From positions 64,001 to 128,000 of the IMG/VR virus record IMGVR_UViG_3300032516_000004: a stretch of DNA of 64,000 nt; one strand, written 5' to 3'. Of the stretch, positions 1 to 9,142 are shown one piece after another. Under the pieces are notes generated by a model. The model had not been told where the DNA came from. It ran no database searches and was given only the letters and a program-made list of their open reading frames with translations. The stretch's first letter is position 1. Every line of letters begins with the position of its first letter. The position numbers and the translations under genes are program-made. Source of the DNA: a virus.

Positions 1-5
1 TGCTT

Positions 6-173
6 GATGGTTTAGTGCCACCGCTAGACTATTTAGTTTCACCCCCACTTGGTGGGGCGGCTGCTTCGGCAGTATATAAACTGTTCCCAGCCCGCAATTT
101 CGCGAGCTGTAGAACAAGGTGGGATAACACCCGTACCCTTGGCATAGGGTACAAACGATCGAGGGGCTGCTCG
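6..173 (+). ncRNA. Candidate structured RNA / 5' leader (omegaRNA/HEARO-like position); may extend 5' of the window
   Basis: Back-to-back stems read by eye: 6-17/22-33 (12 bp, 4 G-U pairs), 43-48/52-57, 61-64/69-72 with a C(UUCG)G tetraloop, 82-95/102-116 (interrupted), 118-121/128-131, 133-139/146-152, 160-163/170-173. Ends 3 nt before the ATG of a PLMP-domain ORF. Confidence 0.5.
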
Positions 174-176
174 TGT

Positions 177-1109
177 ATGGGCCGGTCTCAGGAAATTATC
201 GTCCTCGATTCGGAGCGACGATTTCTCGAGTATACGCGACCTGGGACTGCGAGATTGTTGCTAAAAGAAGGCAAAGCACGTGTTTTCTCTAGGCAACCAT
301 TCGCAATAATGCTCTTACGCACGGTGTCAGCTGCCGAGATTAGAAGGAGAATAGTCATGCCAGCACCCCGTAATTTTACTGAGTATTTCCGTAACGAGAA
401 GGATGTGTACGTTCAGAATCTTGCGAACGCACAGGTATCCTGTGAATTCCCTATTGGGCCTAATAGGGTCGAGGGATTCACGTTCCCACACAATCGGGAC
501 CCCATCAATCTGACTCAACATATTCCATTTCATGCTATTAAAGATTCCATGGACTTTCGTAAAATGTTGAGCCGTAGACCCCCAGCCCTTCAACTTTTGA
601 ATGAAGAAGAATATAATGCTTATTTTGAGAAAAGAGCATCACAACAGGGATTAAAAGATAGATCTGGGAAATTAGATATTGATGCGGCTATTGACTCGAG
701 TGAGGAAAAGCGTCGTCGAACCGCAGATAAAAATCTTCGTGAGAATGTAACTGATAAAGACCCAGAACCCATACATGAAGTTATTGAAAGCGGTACCGGT
801 CCCAAGGGTGCTACTCATTTTGGGGAACGTAACCGCGTAATGCCAAAAGAAGTTGTAGCAGAAGACGATATTATTAACCCTCGAGTTCTTCATCTTTGCA
901 ATCAGGTAAAGAATGAGATTCCTGAAGAAGAAAGAATGCCTGCCAAAGACCTGCTTGATGAACTCCAGGGACTTCCAGATTTGAAACTTGATGATCTTGA
1001 GCATATTCGTGCTCATGGATTTTACAAAAGCGTGAAAAAATGGAGTAAACAGAAAATGTCTGAAATATCAGACAGTGAAGAAGCTGAAAACACTTCAGCT
1101 GACGAGTAA
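177..1109 (+). CDS. PLMP/RRXRR-like N-terminal domain fused to a hypothetical phage (probably virion-associated) protein
   Basis: ATG177 follows GAGGGG. IIVLDSERRFLEYTRPGTARLLLKEGKARVFSRQPFAIML matches the IscB N-terminal pattern VLD-x4-LxxTxPxxARxLLKxGKAxVxxxxPFxIxL. A second in-frame ATG357 has AGGAG at 345-349. No RuvC or HNH motifs seen. Confidence 0.7.
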   Translation: MGRSQEIIVLDSERRFLEYTRPGTARLLLKEGKARVFSRQPFAIMLLRTVSAAEIRRRIVMPAPRNFTEYFRNEKDVYVQNLANAQVSCEFPIGPNRVEGFTFPHNRDPINLTQHIPFHAIKDSMDFRKMLSRRPPALQLLNEEEYNAYFEKRASQQGLKDRSGKLDIDAAIDSSEEKRRRTADKNLRENVTDKDPEPIHEVIESGTGPKGATHFGERNRVMPKEVVAEDDIINPRVLHLCNQVKNEIPEEERMPAKDLLDELQGLPDLKLDDLEHIRAHGFYKSVKKWSKQKMSEISDSEEAENTSADE

Positions 1110-1113
1110 TACC

Positions 1114-1476
1114 ATGAATGAATTTACATGTCTTAGTAAAAAGTTAACTATTGCAGCGGCTGGTATTGAAACCATCGGATTAGAAACTGGATATCCATAT
1201 AGGAACTATACCGCTTGGGTATCTATTCCTACACTTGGTATTCTCAATGTGTCGGTTCAGCCAATGTTTGGTGGTTTTACTGATGGTGCCGCCACAACAT
1301 TTACGGCTGCAGGTGTAAAGAAGGCAAAACAAGCGACAACCGATGAGTTGCGACCATCTACTAGAGGCTATCAGTCAACTGATGGCGTTTTACCATTAAA
1401 GAGTGAAATAGTAATTACTAATAGTGGTGGAAGTCCAATCGAAGCCAATATATATTTATTGGCGTCACAAGGATAA
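1114..1476 (+). CDS. Hypothetical protein, beta-rich, probably virion structural
   Basis: ORF within the co-directional operon; start refined to ATG1114 just after the upstream stop. Confidence 0.65.
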   Translation: MNEFTCLSKKLTIAAAGIETIGLETGYPYRNYTAWVSIPTLGILNVSVQPMFGGFTDGAATTFTAAGVKKAKQATTDELRPSTRGYQSTDGVLPLKSEIVITNSGGSPIEANIYLLASQG

Positions 1477-1486
1477 GGAGATTGTT

Positions 1487-1837
1487 ATGACCGAGGAAAC
1501 TAAGAAGTCCACATTTAAGGAAATTGTTCAATTTGTTTATGGGTGGTTGAAGAAGATTAGTTTGCAAATATTTGGCGGCTTATTCATGGAACAGAAAAAC
1601 GGCGAGAAGCTGTGGGTTGCGTCCATGGGTAAGGTATCATTCTGGATTGTATTTGGACACTGTTTGTATATTTGGAATACTACCACCGAAGCCGTAATTG
1701 AAGGCGTAAATACTATTATGCGTGGTAATGTTAGTGACGGTGAACTTTATATTTTGATGACCCTAGTTGGATATCAGGGCGCTAAGCTTGGTAAAGCCAC
1801 TATCGTAGAAGGTATTGCAGCATTTAAAGGTAAGTAG
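1487..1837 (+). CDS. Small membrane protein, holin-like
   Basis: AAGGAG RBS before ATG1487; 2-3 hydrophobic segments (ISLQIFGGLF, VSFWIVFGHCLYIW, LYILMTLVGY) and a basic C-terminus. Confidence 0.5.
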   Translation: MTEETKKSTFKEIVQFVYGWLKKISLQIFGGLFMEQKNGEKLWVASMGKVSFWIVFGHCLYIWNTTTEAVIEGVNTIMRGNVSDGELYILMTLVGYQGAKLGKATIVEGIAAFKGK

Positions 1838-1839
1838 TC

Positions 1840-2178
1840 TTGAAAAACTACGGTCGCTGGATTGTTTTCGGTCTAGTAGCGGTGGGGATCATTACCCTAC
1901 TGCTACTAGTTGGGGTTAACAAGGACCTTAGACAACGCTTGATAGCATTGTTACTCGAACGTAAAGTTAAAACAGCAATTCAAGGCCTTCAAGAACAGGC
2001 CACAACTGCTAAAGCAAAGGCACAAGCTAATCAGATGAGTGCTGAAGAAGCCGAACGAGCTGCTAGAGTTACTGCGGACGCGATTGCTGAACAAAAGCTG
2101 GCCCTTCAATCAGAGTATAAGCAACAAGGATTAACTGCCAATGAGATTGCTGAGCGTTTTCGCGGTCTTGGTATTTAG
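1840..2178 (+). CDS. Membrane-anchored coiled-coil protein (i-spanin/Rz-like)
   Basis: N-terminal TM (WIVFGLVAVGIITLLLLVGV) followed by an Ala/Glu/Gln-rich helical region. Confidence 0.45.
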   Translation: MKNYGRWIVFGLVAVGIITLLLLVGVNKDLRQRLIALLLERKVKTAIQGLQEQATTAKAKAQANQMSAEEAERAARVTADAIAEQKLALQSEYKQQGLTANEIAERFRGLGI

Positions 2179-2608
2179 TTCTTCTGTTTATGCGCAGAAG
2201 ATCGATCGTGCTGAGATCACAAAGGCTGTTAAGGACCTAAAACCCGTTGTTGTTAAGAACCAGGGTGCTGATGGTATTTGGTTCTCTACTGGAGATGCTG
2301 AAAAATTGCTAAATCTAGTAGAGAAGAAATTACCACTAGCTTTAGACATTATTGACGCACAAGACCAGCAAATAACATCTTTAAATACTGCTATTAACCT
2401 TTATAAGCTTACCATCCAATCGTATAATGAATACGCAAATTATAATAAAGATATGTTAAATACTGCTCTTAAATACTTCCCGGAGCTTAGACCCCCAGAA
2501 CCACCATTTTATAAACAACCAGTAGTGGTGTATATTGGTGGTGTTCTTACAGGCGCTGCTATCATTGTGGTTTCTGCATACGTGTTAGACAAAACACACG
2601 TAAAATAA
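2141..2608 (+). CDS. Signal-peptide, coiled-coil, C-terminal TM protein (spanin-like)
   Basis: Signal peptide ending VYA-Q, coiled coil, Pro-rich linker, C-terminal TM VVVYIGGVLTGAAIIVVSAYVL; overlaps the previous ORF. Confidence 0.45.
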   Translation: MRLLSVFAVLVFSSSVYAQKIDRAEITKAVKDLKPVVVKNQGADGIWFSTGDAEKLLNLVEKKLPLALDIIDAQDQQITSLNTAINLYKLTIQSYNEYANYNKDMLNTALKYFPELRPPEPPFYKQPVVVYIGGVLTGAAIIVVSAYVLDKTHVK

Positions 2609-2668
2609 TATAGCAAAAGTATTTAAAGATATGATTATTTTGTGGTATTATTTGCCTAAGGACTGTCC

Positions 2669-3895
2669 ATGACTATCATAGGAGATATTGCGCAGGGTGA
2701 TACTGAGTTGGTATTAGAAAATACAGTCCAGAACATTAATGCAACATTTCAAACAGACAGTGATCCACCAACGCCAATAACTCCTCAAGCACTTTCTTTA
2801 CAGGTTACGGATCTTGGTGGTAATACACTGGTTGATGATATCTATTTACCACTTGCTCAAAGAGATCCAAGTCCACCACGAATTCTTAATCCATCATCGG
2901 GAAAATTCGCGTTTCCATTTGGTCTAGATAATGGTTCAACAGATCCACTAAAATATAATAAAACAGACCAGCATCTTGAATATTTATTTACTTGGCGGGC
3001 CGCTGTGATAGCGACTGTAAGAGCTACTGCAACTATACTACCATTAGATTGGGCTGCGGTACCTATTGGAACACCGGGTAATTTCATAACTATTGAATAT
3101 GTCAATCCTGGATTACCAAATCAGTCTTTAACACTAGTACGTGTTGGCTCAGCAATTCAGGTAAAATTGGCAACAAATGGTGTTGGGGCAATAACAACCA
3201 CTGCAAGTGATGTCATAACTGCAGTTCCGCTTGATGCATCAATTGCAGAAATAGTTACTGTAACACTCAATTCAGGACATTTACCACCGGATCCAGTTCC
3301 AGTTGCGGGGGCAACACCTTTAACTGGTGGTGTTGACGAAGATGGAAGTAGCACTGTCTGTGTGAGTGTTAAAGTTATTCCGCATCGACTATGTGCCCTC
3401 CTTAATAAATTCCGATTGATGATTGATAAGACACATAAATTTGTTGACAGTAATCCAAATGATCCTTGTTATTTGGGATATTCAAATGGACAATTGTGGC
3501 AATATTTATCAGGCGGCATGCAAATTATAAATTCATATCAACCATATGTATCATTTTCATTTAGTACATTCCCATATGGAACGTATGATTTTATATTATT
3601 AGAAACATCACTACTTGCTGGTTTACTCTCACAACAATTATTTGCCGTGGATACCGATATACCCCAATGGAACGACTCTGGGAATGCTTTCGTCTTATCA
3701 CATAGTCCCCAAATAGCTCAATATGTTAATTTCTTGTCTCAAAGGCTAGACAAATTAATACCTCAATTTAAGCTACATTTTGTAAACTCTGGTAGCATAC
3801 ACGTGCAAATGGGTCCCAACTATCGTCTTCAACAACTTATTGACGCCGCTCCTGGAGGCGCACTATTTAGGAATTTATACGCTAAGGTAATATGA
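2669..3895 (+). CDS. Neck / head-tail connector-like structural protein with an inserted sheath-type beta domain
   Basis: Position before the tail genes; insert GNFITIEYVNPG...IQVKLATNGVGAITTTASDVITAV resembles sheath surface domains; helical C-terminal part. Confidence 0.5.
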   Translation: MTIIGDIAQGDTELVLENTVQNINATFQTDSDPPTPITPQALSLQVTDLGGNTLVDDIYLPLAQRDPSPPRILNPSSGKFAFPFGLDNGSTDPLKYNKTDQHLEYLFTWRAAVIATVRATATILPLDWAAVPIGTPGNFITIEYVNPGLPNQSLTLVRVGSAIQVKLATNGVGAITTTASDVITAVPLDASIAEIVTVTLNSGHLPPDPVPVAGATPLTGGVDEDGSSTVCVSVKVIPHRLCALLNKFRLMIDKTHKFVDSNPNDPCYLGYSNGQLWQYLSGGMQIINSYQPYVSFSFSTFPYGTYDFILLETSLLAGLLSQQLFAVDTDIPQWNDSGNAFVLSHSPQIAQYVNFLSQRLDKLIPQFKLHFVNSGSIHVQMGPNYRLQQLIDAAPGGALFRNLYAKVI

Positions 3896-3961
3896 GCCTA
3901 CAAACTAAAAAGTGTGTATTGTATGATAAACGTAAACCATGGTTAAAGAAGGCGGCGTAGC

Positions 3962-5698
3962 ATGCCTGTTATTAAGTTAATAAATAACACTCTTTATCAA
4001 ATATCAACCACCATTGGTACTGTGGCTCCTGGTATAGGTCAAGAATTAATAGTCCAATATGATACGGTACCAATTCCCATCCAATTATACATTGAATTAG
4101 AAGCTCTAAGACTATATAACCGTATTGAGTATTATGTTAATGAAGATCCAGGGATGCGAGACGAGATTGAGTTAGCACCATATATCCTTGGTTTAATACA
4201 ATATTTCAACAAAATTGGCGAACCAACAGACGGAAGTTTTGCCGATGGATTTTTCAATTACTGGACACAAAACACTTTAATAGCGGATTCAGTAGACCAG
4301 ATATCAGAGCTTTTACTCCAGATCGCACCAACAAGTCCAGGAACCTTAACTGGACTGCAACTAGGCATATCTGGTGTTATCCAGTATTCTGCTAAGATAC
4401 CAAACGGTAATGTTGGTGCTTGGCCAACGCCAGGAACCACCATTTCAAATTTAATAGTAACTAATTTATATAATATATACTCTCCAGATCCACTTACCAG
4501 ATTTAAAGCTGGTAAAGCTAGTGATCCATCTACGGCTGGTTTATTGGAACATTTAGTTAATGGATCTGTAACAGAGAGCTACGACATTGGTGTACATGGT
4601 GTTGGCACTATTGGTAATATAACAATAAATTCTTTGATAGTATATAATGTAATCTGGTTAAAAGCAAACGCAACCATTGCCGTTATACAGCTTACACCAG
4701 GTAGACAGATTCATGTATTAAGACACTCTGAGTCGGGTCAATCGGCAAATACAGAGCTTGTGTATGACGACGTAAATACCATTCAATTATTTTCTGGTGT
4801 ACCAACCGCTGTGTTAAACACTAAAGTATCAAAATGGCTGTCCGGTATTGAGGCCTGGGGGCTAAACACAACCATTGATATTGCCTATATTGCTGCTGCT
4901 GGTATTTTCACTAAGACTTATCACCCCACAGCCGTGGGACTAGTTGAGTGTCCTGGCCATTCGTCTACTGATAATCCAGTTGGTGTGCCGAATGTTAGTG
5001 ACACACTACCGGTATCAAGAACTGTAACATTAGACATTAGTGATGAATCATCTATTGCACCATCTATGAAGTATACGCTTCAAAAGCCAGCTAGAACACC
5101 AGTTATTAATAACGTTGCACTACCACAGCCAATTAATACATACGGTGTTGTTTCAACACCTAAAACCGACGTATTTTTTGATGAGGCTCGACGTGTTGTA
5201 TTGGGAAGCGGCACATTTTCTGGAAATGCAACACCATTTGATTCTACGGTGCCGCTTGTAAATGGTAATGCACAACAAAGACACAACGGTGTTTTACAAT
5301 ATCCAAATCCAACAGATTATCCAGGATTTGTTGGGGCACAACAATATGAAAGATTTATCACTAAGATTGCGGCATCTACTGGACAGCTTACACTCGCAAA
5401 TCTTACTAATCTAACACAGGTATCACCGTATGGTACCGGTGATTTAAATATTTTGATTCATTTAAGCACTACTGGTAAATATTTTGATTTAGGTAAACCG
5501 GTTGGTGCCTTTAATGGCACTGGGTCTGGGAATAGTATGGCGAACTCCATTGGTGCTAGAAATCAAACTTTAAGTCATAATAATGTGTTTGCCTGGAGTG
5601 TTGGAACACACACCACAGCGCTTAACAATAGTGAATATCGACTAATTGTTATTTTTAGAAGTGGCTCCTTAACACTTACTGGCATCACAGAGATATAA
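3962..5698 (+). CDS. Virion structural protein (beta-rich, Gly/Thr/Asn-rich)
   Basis: 578-aa ORF in the structural operon with structural-protein composition; function not assignable. Confidence 0.6.
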   Translation: MPVIKLINNTLYQISTTIGTVAPGIGQELIVQYDTVPIPIQLYIELEALRLYNRIEYYVNEDPGMRDEIELAPYILGLIQYFNKIGEPTDGSFADGFFNYWTQNTLIADSVDQISELLLQIAPTSPGTLTGLQLGISGVIQYSAKIPNGNVGAWPTPGTTISNLIVTNLYNIYSPDPLTRFKAGKASDPSTAGLLEHLVNGSVTESYDIGVHGVGTIGNITINSLIVYNVIWLKANATIAVIQLTPGRQIHVLRHSESGQSANTELVYDDVNTIQLFSGVPTAVLNTKVSKWLSGIEAWGLNTTIDIAYIAAAGIFTKTYHPTAVGLVECPGHSSTDNPVGVPNVSDTLPVSRTVTLDISDESSIAPSMKYTLQKPARTPVINNVALPQPINTYGVVSTPKTDVFFDEARRVVLGSGTFSGNATPFDSTVPLVNGNAQQRHNGVLQYPNPTDYPGFVGAQQYERFITKIAASTGQLTLANLTNLTQVSPYGTGDLNILIHLSTTGKYFDLGKPVGAFNGTGSGNSMANSIGARNQTLSHNNVFAWSVGTHTTALNNSEYRLIVIFRSGSLTLTGITEI

Positions 5699-6685
5699 AT
5701 GCCCTGTAAGAAAAATTACCCCAGTGGTGGTCAAAGTCCCGGTTGGTGGGGCAGGAATATTCATCAACGGATAGTAGCAGAGAATCTTACTAATAAAATA
5801 GAAACACTACTTATCGATAAATTGGAATCACTAGGTAAATGCGTATTTTTATGGCAACAGGTATATCCTAATACACCAAATGCTTTACAGTGTTCGTGTG
5901 TTAAAGATACCACAAAACGGCCAGACATTACTTGTAATAGTTGCTATGGCACGAATTTTATTCCAGGTTATATTAAGTTCTTACACAGTACGTTGTCATT
6001 TCCGTCTATAATAGCAGGCATAACGCTTACTAACATTCATCTTGACTCAAATATTAAACCACATAGATTATTATTAGATAATACGTTTCTTACTGGAACG
6101 ATTGACTTTGCATTAACGGCATTTACTAATTCTGGATACAACTGGGAATATAAACTTGACGCTCCAGTCATTAAAAGTACAAATAGTGTAACTGTTACAT
6201 TTTCTACAAATGGTGTTACATATAACCCGATTGCAAATATTAACAACGTGGGTATTAAACCAACCGGTATAGGTAATATTTATATTAGAGTTGTTCTTAC
6301 TAGAATTAGCGCAAACGATCGAAGCCCTGAATTTGAAGTTTTCCGATTAAGACACGCCAAAGTAGACGAGCCGTATATTAAAATTTTACGACCCCAGATT
6401 ACGGAAATTCCTACATGGCTACAATATGGTAAGAGAACAGAACAAATCGGAGAAACATACTGGACTGTTCCATTAGATTATTTTGATCCAAGCATACAGG
6501 CCGACACACCTGACGCGAGGATTTTAGAAAACTCAATCTATAGTAGAATTGATGGTATTGATGCTGGTAATCGATATGTAACTACAAAACTTTCGTATGA
6601 CGAACAGTTTGGCCAGATGACACAACAGTCATTTGTTCCACGACGTGTACAACCAGAAGAGGTATACACAAGGTTAATGTTTTAA
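5699..6685 (+). CDS. Head-tail adaptor / neck protein
   Basis: QCSC...CNSCYGT(N)FIPGY Cys motif typical of neck proteins of large myoviruses; gene position fits. Confidence 0.55.
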   Translation: MPCKKNYPSGGQSPGWWGRNIHQRIVAENLTNKIETLLIDKLESLGKCVFLWQQVYPNTPNALQCSCVKDTTKRPDITCNSCYGTNFIPGYIKFLHSTLSFPSIIAGITLTNIHLDSNIKPHRLLLDNTFLTGTIDFALTAFTNSGYNWEYKLDAPVIKSTNSVTVTFSTNGVTYNPIANINNVGIKPTGIGNIYIRVVLTRISANDRSPEFEVFRLRHAKVDEPYIKILRPQITEIPTWLQYGKRTEQIGETYWTVPLDYFDPSIQADTPDARILENSIYSRIDGIDAGNRYVTTKLSYDEQFGQMTQQSFVPRRVQPEEVYTRLMF

Positions 6686-7110
6686 TGTCAGATATAACTA
6701 TTAGTATTAAGGGTCCACTACTTAAGCCAGCGCATCAAGCTGCTAATAGTGTTGAAGAAGTAACTAATGATATTCTGCGTACTATTATCGACTCAACTAC
6801 TGATAAAATGGTAAAATATTTTAAGGATTTAATTATAACTAGGATCGAGAGATCTGTGGAGATAGCGGCTTTTGTTGGTCAGAATTCTGACCCAGAAGTT
6901 ATTAGGTCCATTATAAATGGTATTAAAGTAGAAAAGACGCCGACTCAACCACCATCCATATCAATAGAGTTTAAGAATGAATTTGGTGCATGGTATGGTG
7001 AGCCACCCAAAGAACTATTAGAAATGATTAAAGGGGTAATTGATTCGGCGCTCGGGCAGATGTCTGATATTGATATGAACAAAATGTGTGAAGAATTGGT
7101 GAAAGAATGA
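6685..7110 (+). CDS. Hypothetical neck/tail-completion protein
   Basis: Coupled to both neighbours by TAATG and ATGA overlaps. Confidence 0.55.
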   Translation: MSDITISIKGPLLKPAHQAANSVEEVTNDILRTIIDSTTDKMVKYFKDLIITRIERSVEIAAFVGQNSDPEVIRSIINGIKVEKTPTQPPSISIEFKNEFGAWYGEPPKELLEMIKGVIDSALGQMSDIDMNKMCEELVKE

Positions 7111-8204
7111 TTCGCGATAGTCTGTCAAGACGACCAATACCTACGGTCCCCGATGATTTGACGGATCCAGTTCGTTTCGGACAGCCCATGGAAACTACCA
7201 AAGATGTGTTTATTATTGAGTTTCGTAAATTTTTCAATAGATCCAACCAAACCGCCAGTATGCTCGAGGAACTACCTACTATTAGAAAATTCGATATATC
7301 ATTTAATCCCACGGAATCATCTCAAGAGACTGCTGTAAATTTAATCCAGAAATACCCAGACATTACAGAACACCTACCGTTGATCGCGGTATTGGGGGCT
7401 ACAGGTCGTAACTATCCCATGAGTATGGGTTTGGGTGGATCATTTGTTGATCGTGTAATGGATCCCCCCACCATAATTTCTACTAATGCTGAACCATATG
7501 CGTTGATAGATGGACAAACTATAATATATAAAACAACATCATTTAAAGGCGTTATTAACCAAAGCACCATTATATTGCGTGCTTCTCGATTTGCTAATAT
7601 TGCACAGGCAACAGCCGAGGAAGTAATCGAAGAAGTAAATTTTCAAGCACTATATGCGTCTGGGGCCGCATCGAATGGTAAGGTTGCCCTATCGTACGGT
7701 GGTCCTTCTACATCTGGTGTTAAAGGTAATATAGAAATAGTTGGTGGAACCGCTCTAACAGCTTTAGGATTTACTGTTGGACAAAAGGCAGAATACAAAA
7801 ACTTTACATCATATAATCGATATATTCAATCTACTTCAGTCGATGTGGCGTTAGAAGTAGTATCTGAAGATCATAATATTAGAACAGAACTTACAGATTT
7901 ACTTTGGAATTTCTTCACATATCAAATGAATGATAGAAGTTATATGTTTCTTGGTAGAAGCACGTTCGATACAAATATCAAGAACGAAACATATCAAATA
8001 GTTCTTAAACCAGATCCATCAATGTCGGGCGAGCAAGAAATACCTAGGCCAGGAGATGAAAGCGATAAGTTATATGTAAATAGGGTTAACGTGTCTGTAA
8101 CCACCATGCAGTTTATAGATAAAGCCGTCCTGAAACCAGGCACAACTACCCCTATGTATCTAGGTATTGTAGAGCCCGATGATGGGATTCCTCAAAAGAA
8201 TTGA
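7107..8204 (+). CDS. Tail terminator/completion-like protein with a sheath-type inserted domain
   Basis: Immediately upstream of the sheath locus; insert containing ATAEEVIEEVN...ALTALGFT is similar to sheath repeats. Confidence 0.45.
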   Translation: MIRDSLSRRPIPTVPDDLTDPVRFGQPMETTKDVFIIEFRKFFNRSNQTASMLEELPTIRKFDISFNPTESSQETAVNLIQKYPDITEHLPLIAVLGATGRNYPMSMGLGGSFVDRVMDPPTIISTNAEPYALIDGQTIIYKTTSFKGVINQSTIILRASRFANIAQATAEEVIEEVNFQALYASGAASNGKVALSYGGPSTSGVKGNIEIVGGTALTALGFTVGQKAEYKNFTSYNRYIQSTSVDVALEVVSEDHNIRTELTDLLWNFFTYQMNDRSYMFLGRSTFDTNIKNETYQIVLKPDPSMSGEQEIPRPGDESDKLYVNRVNVSVTTMQFIDKAVLKPGTTTPMYLGIVEPDDGIPQKN

Positions 8205-8269
8205 ATAATTTCTAAAGATACCTTAAACACTACTATTTTGAGTAATGGATAAAGCTGTCTGAGTAATAT

Positions 8270-9142
8270 ATGTTATTGGAAGATACCATCGTTATTGGAA
8301 AGACCTGTAGTAAATGTGGGATTTATAAACCATATTCGGAATTTCATAAAAATACTAGAACCAAAGATGGATGTGTAATTTATTGTAAAGAATGCAATAA
8401 AGAACATAGTAGAACATGGTACCACGCAAACCCAGAAAAACGTAATAACCGGGCTACACGGCTTGCTGGTAAATATGAAGGTATAACGAATAAAATTTGT
8501 GCCAAATGTAATAAGTTAAAGCCATTTTCAGAATTCTATAAATCATCTAATAATGCTAGTGGACATAAGCCAACATGTAAGGCGTGTGTTTGTGTGGAAG
8601 AAACTAAAAGAGCTAGCAATCGCACGTTGTCCATTACACATAAAATCTGTAGTACCTGCGGTATTGATAAACCGGTAACTGATTTTGTGAAGGACAAATA
8701 TAAGAGTGATGGATATCATCAAGAATGTAGAGCATGTAAAGCGATTTACAAAAAAGAGTACTATAAAAAGAATAGAGAATGGCTAATTAAACAAGGCGCA
8801 CAAAGATTACACACCAGCATTCAGTCACGATTATCACATTTATTGCGCACTAGAATTACCGGCCTTGTTAGAAGCGGTACAAAAGCAGGATCTGCGGTTC
8901 GTGATCTGGGTTGCTCAATTATTTTCTTGAAAGAATACCTTGAGCAAAAATTTTATAATCATCCAACGACTAATGAGCCAATGACTTGGAAGAACCGTGG
9001 GCAGTATGGTTGGCATGTTGATCATATTAAGCCATTGGTTCAATTTGATCTTACTAATCGTGAACAGTTTTTACAGGCTTGCCACTACACCAACTTGCAA
9101 CCTTTATGGTGCATGGATAATTTACGTAAAGGAGCGCTCTAA
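8270..9142 (+). CDS. Free-standing HNH (beta-beta-alpha-Me) homing-type endonuclease with three CxxC...CxxC Zn-binding repeats
   Basis: Repeats KTCSKCGIYKPYSEFHK...YCKEC, KICAKCNKLKPFSEFYK...TCKAC, KICSTCGIDKPVTDFVK...ECRAC; C-terminal WHVDHIKPL...CHYTNLQPLW...N.KG. Confidence 0.8.
   Translation: MLLEDTIVIGKTCSKCGIYKPYSEFHKNTRTKDGCVIYCKECNKEHSRTWYHANPEKRNNRATRLAGKYEGITNKICAKCNKLKPFSEFYKSSNNASGHKPTCKACVCVEETKRASNRTLSITHKICSTCGIDKPVTDFVKDKYKSDGYHQECRACKAIYKKEYYKKNREWLIKQGAQRLHTSIQSRLSHLLRTRITGLVRSGTKAGSAVRDLGCSIIFLKEYLEQKFYNHPTTNEPMTWKNRGQYGWHVDHIKPLVQFDLTNREQFLQACHYTNLQPLWCMDNLRKGAL

Noticed and set aside
15-176. ORF-track N-terminal extension (GTG15) of the first protein
   Set aside because: No RBS; the region is better explained as structured RNA, and the PLMP similarity starts just after ATG177.
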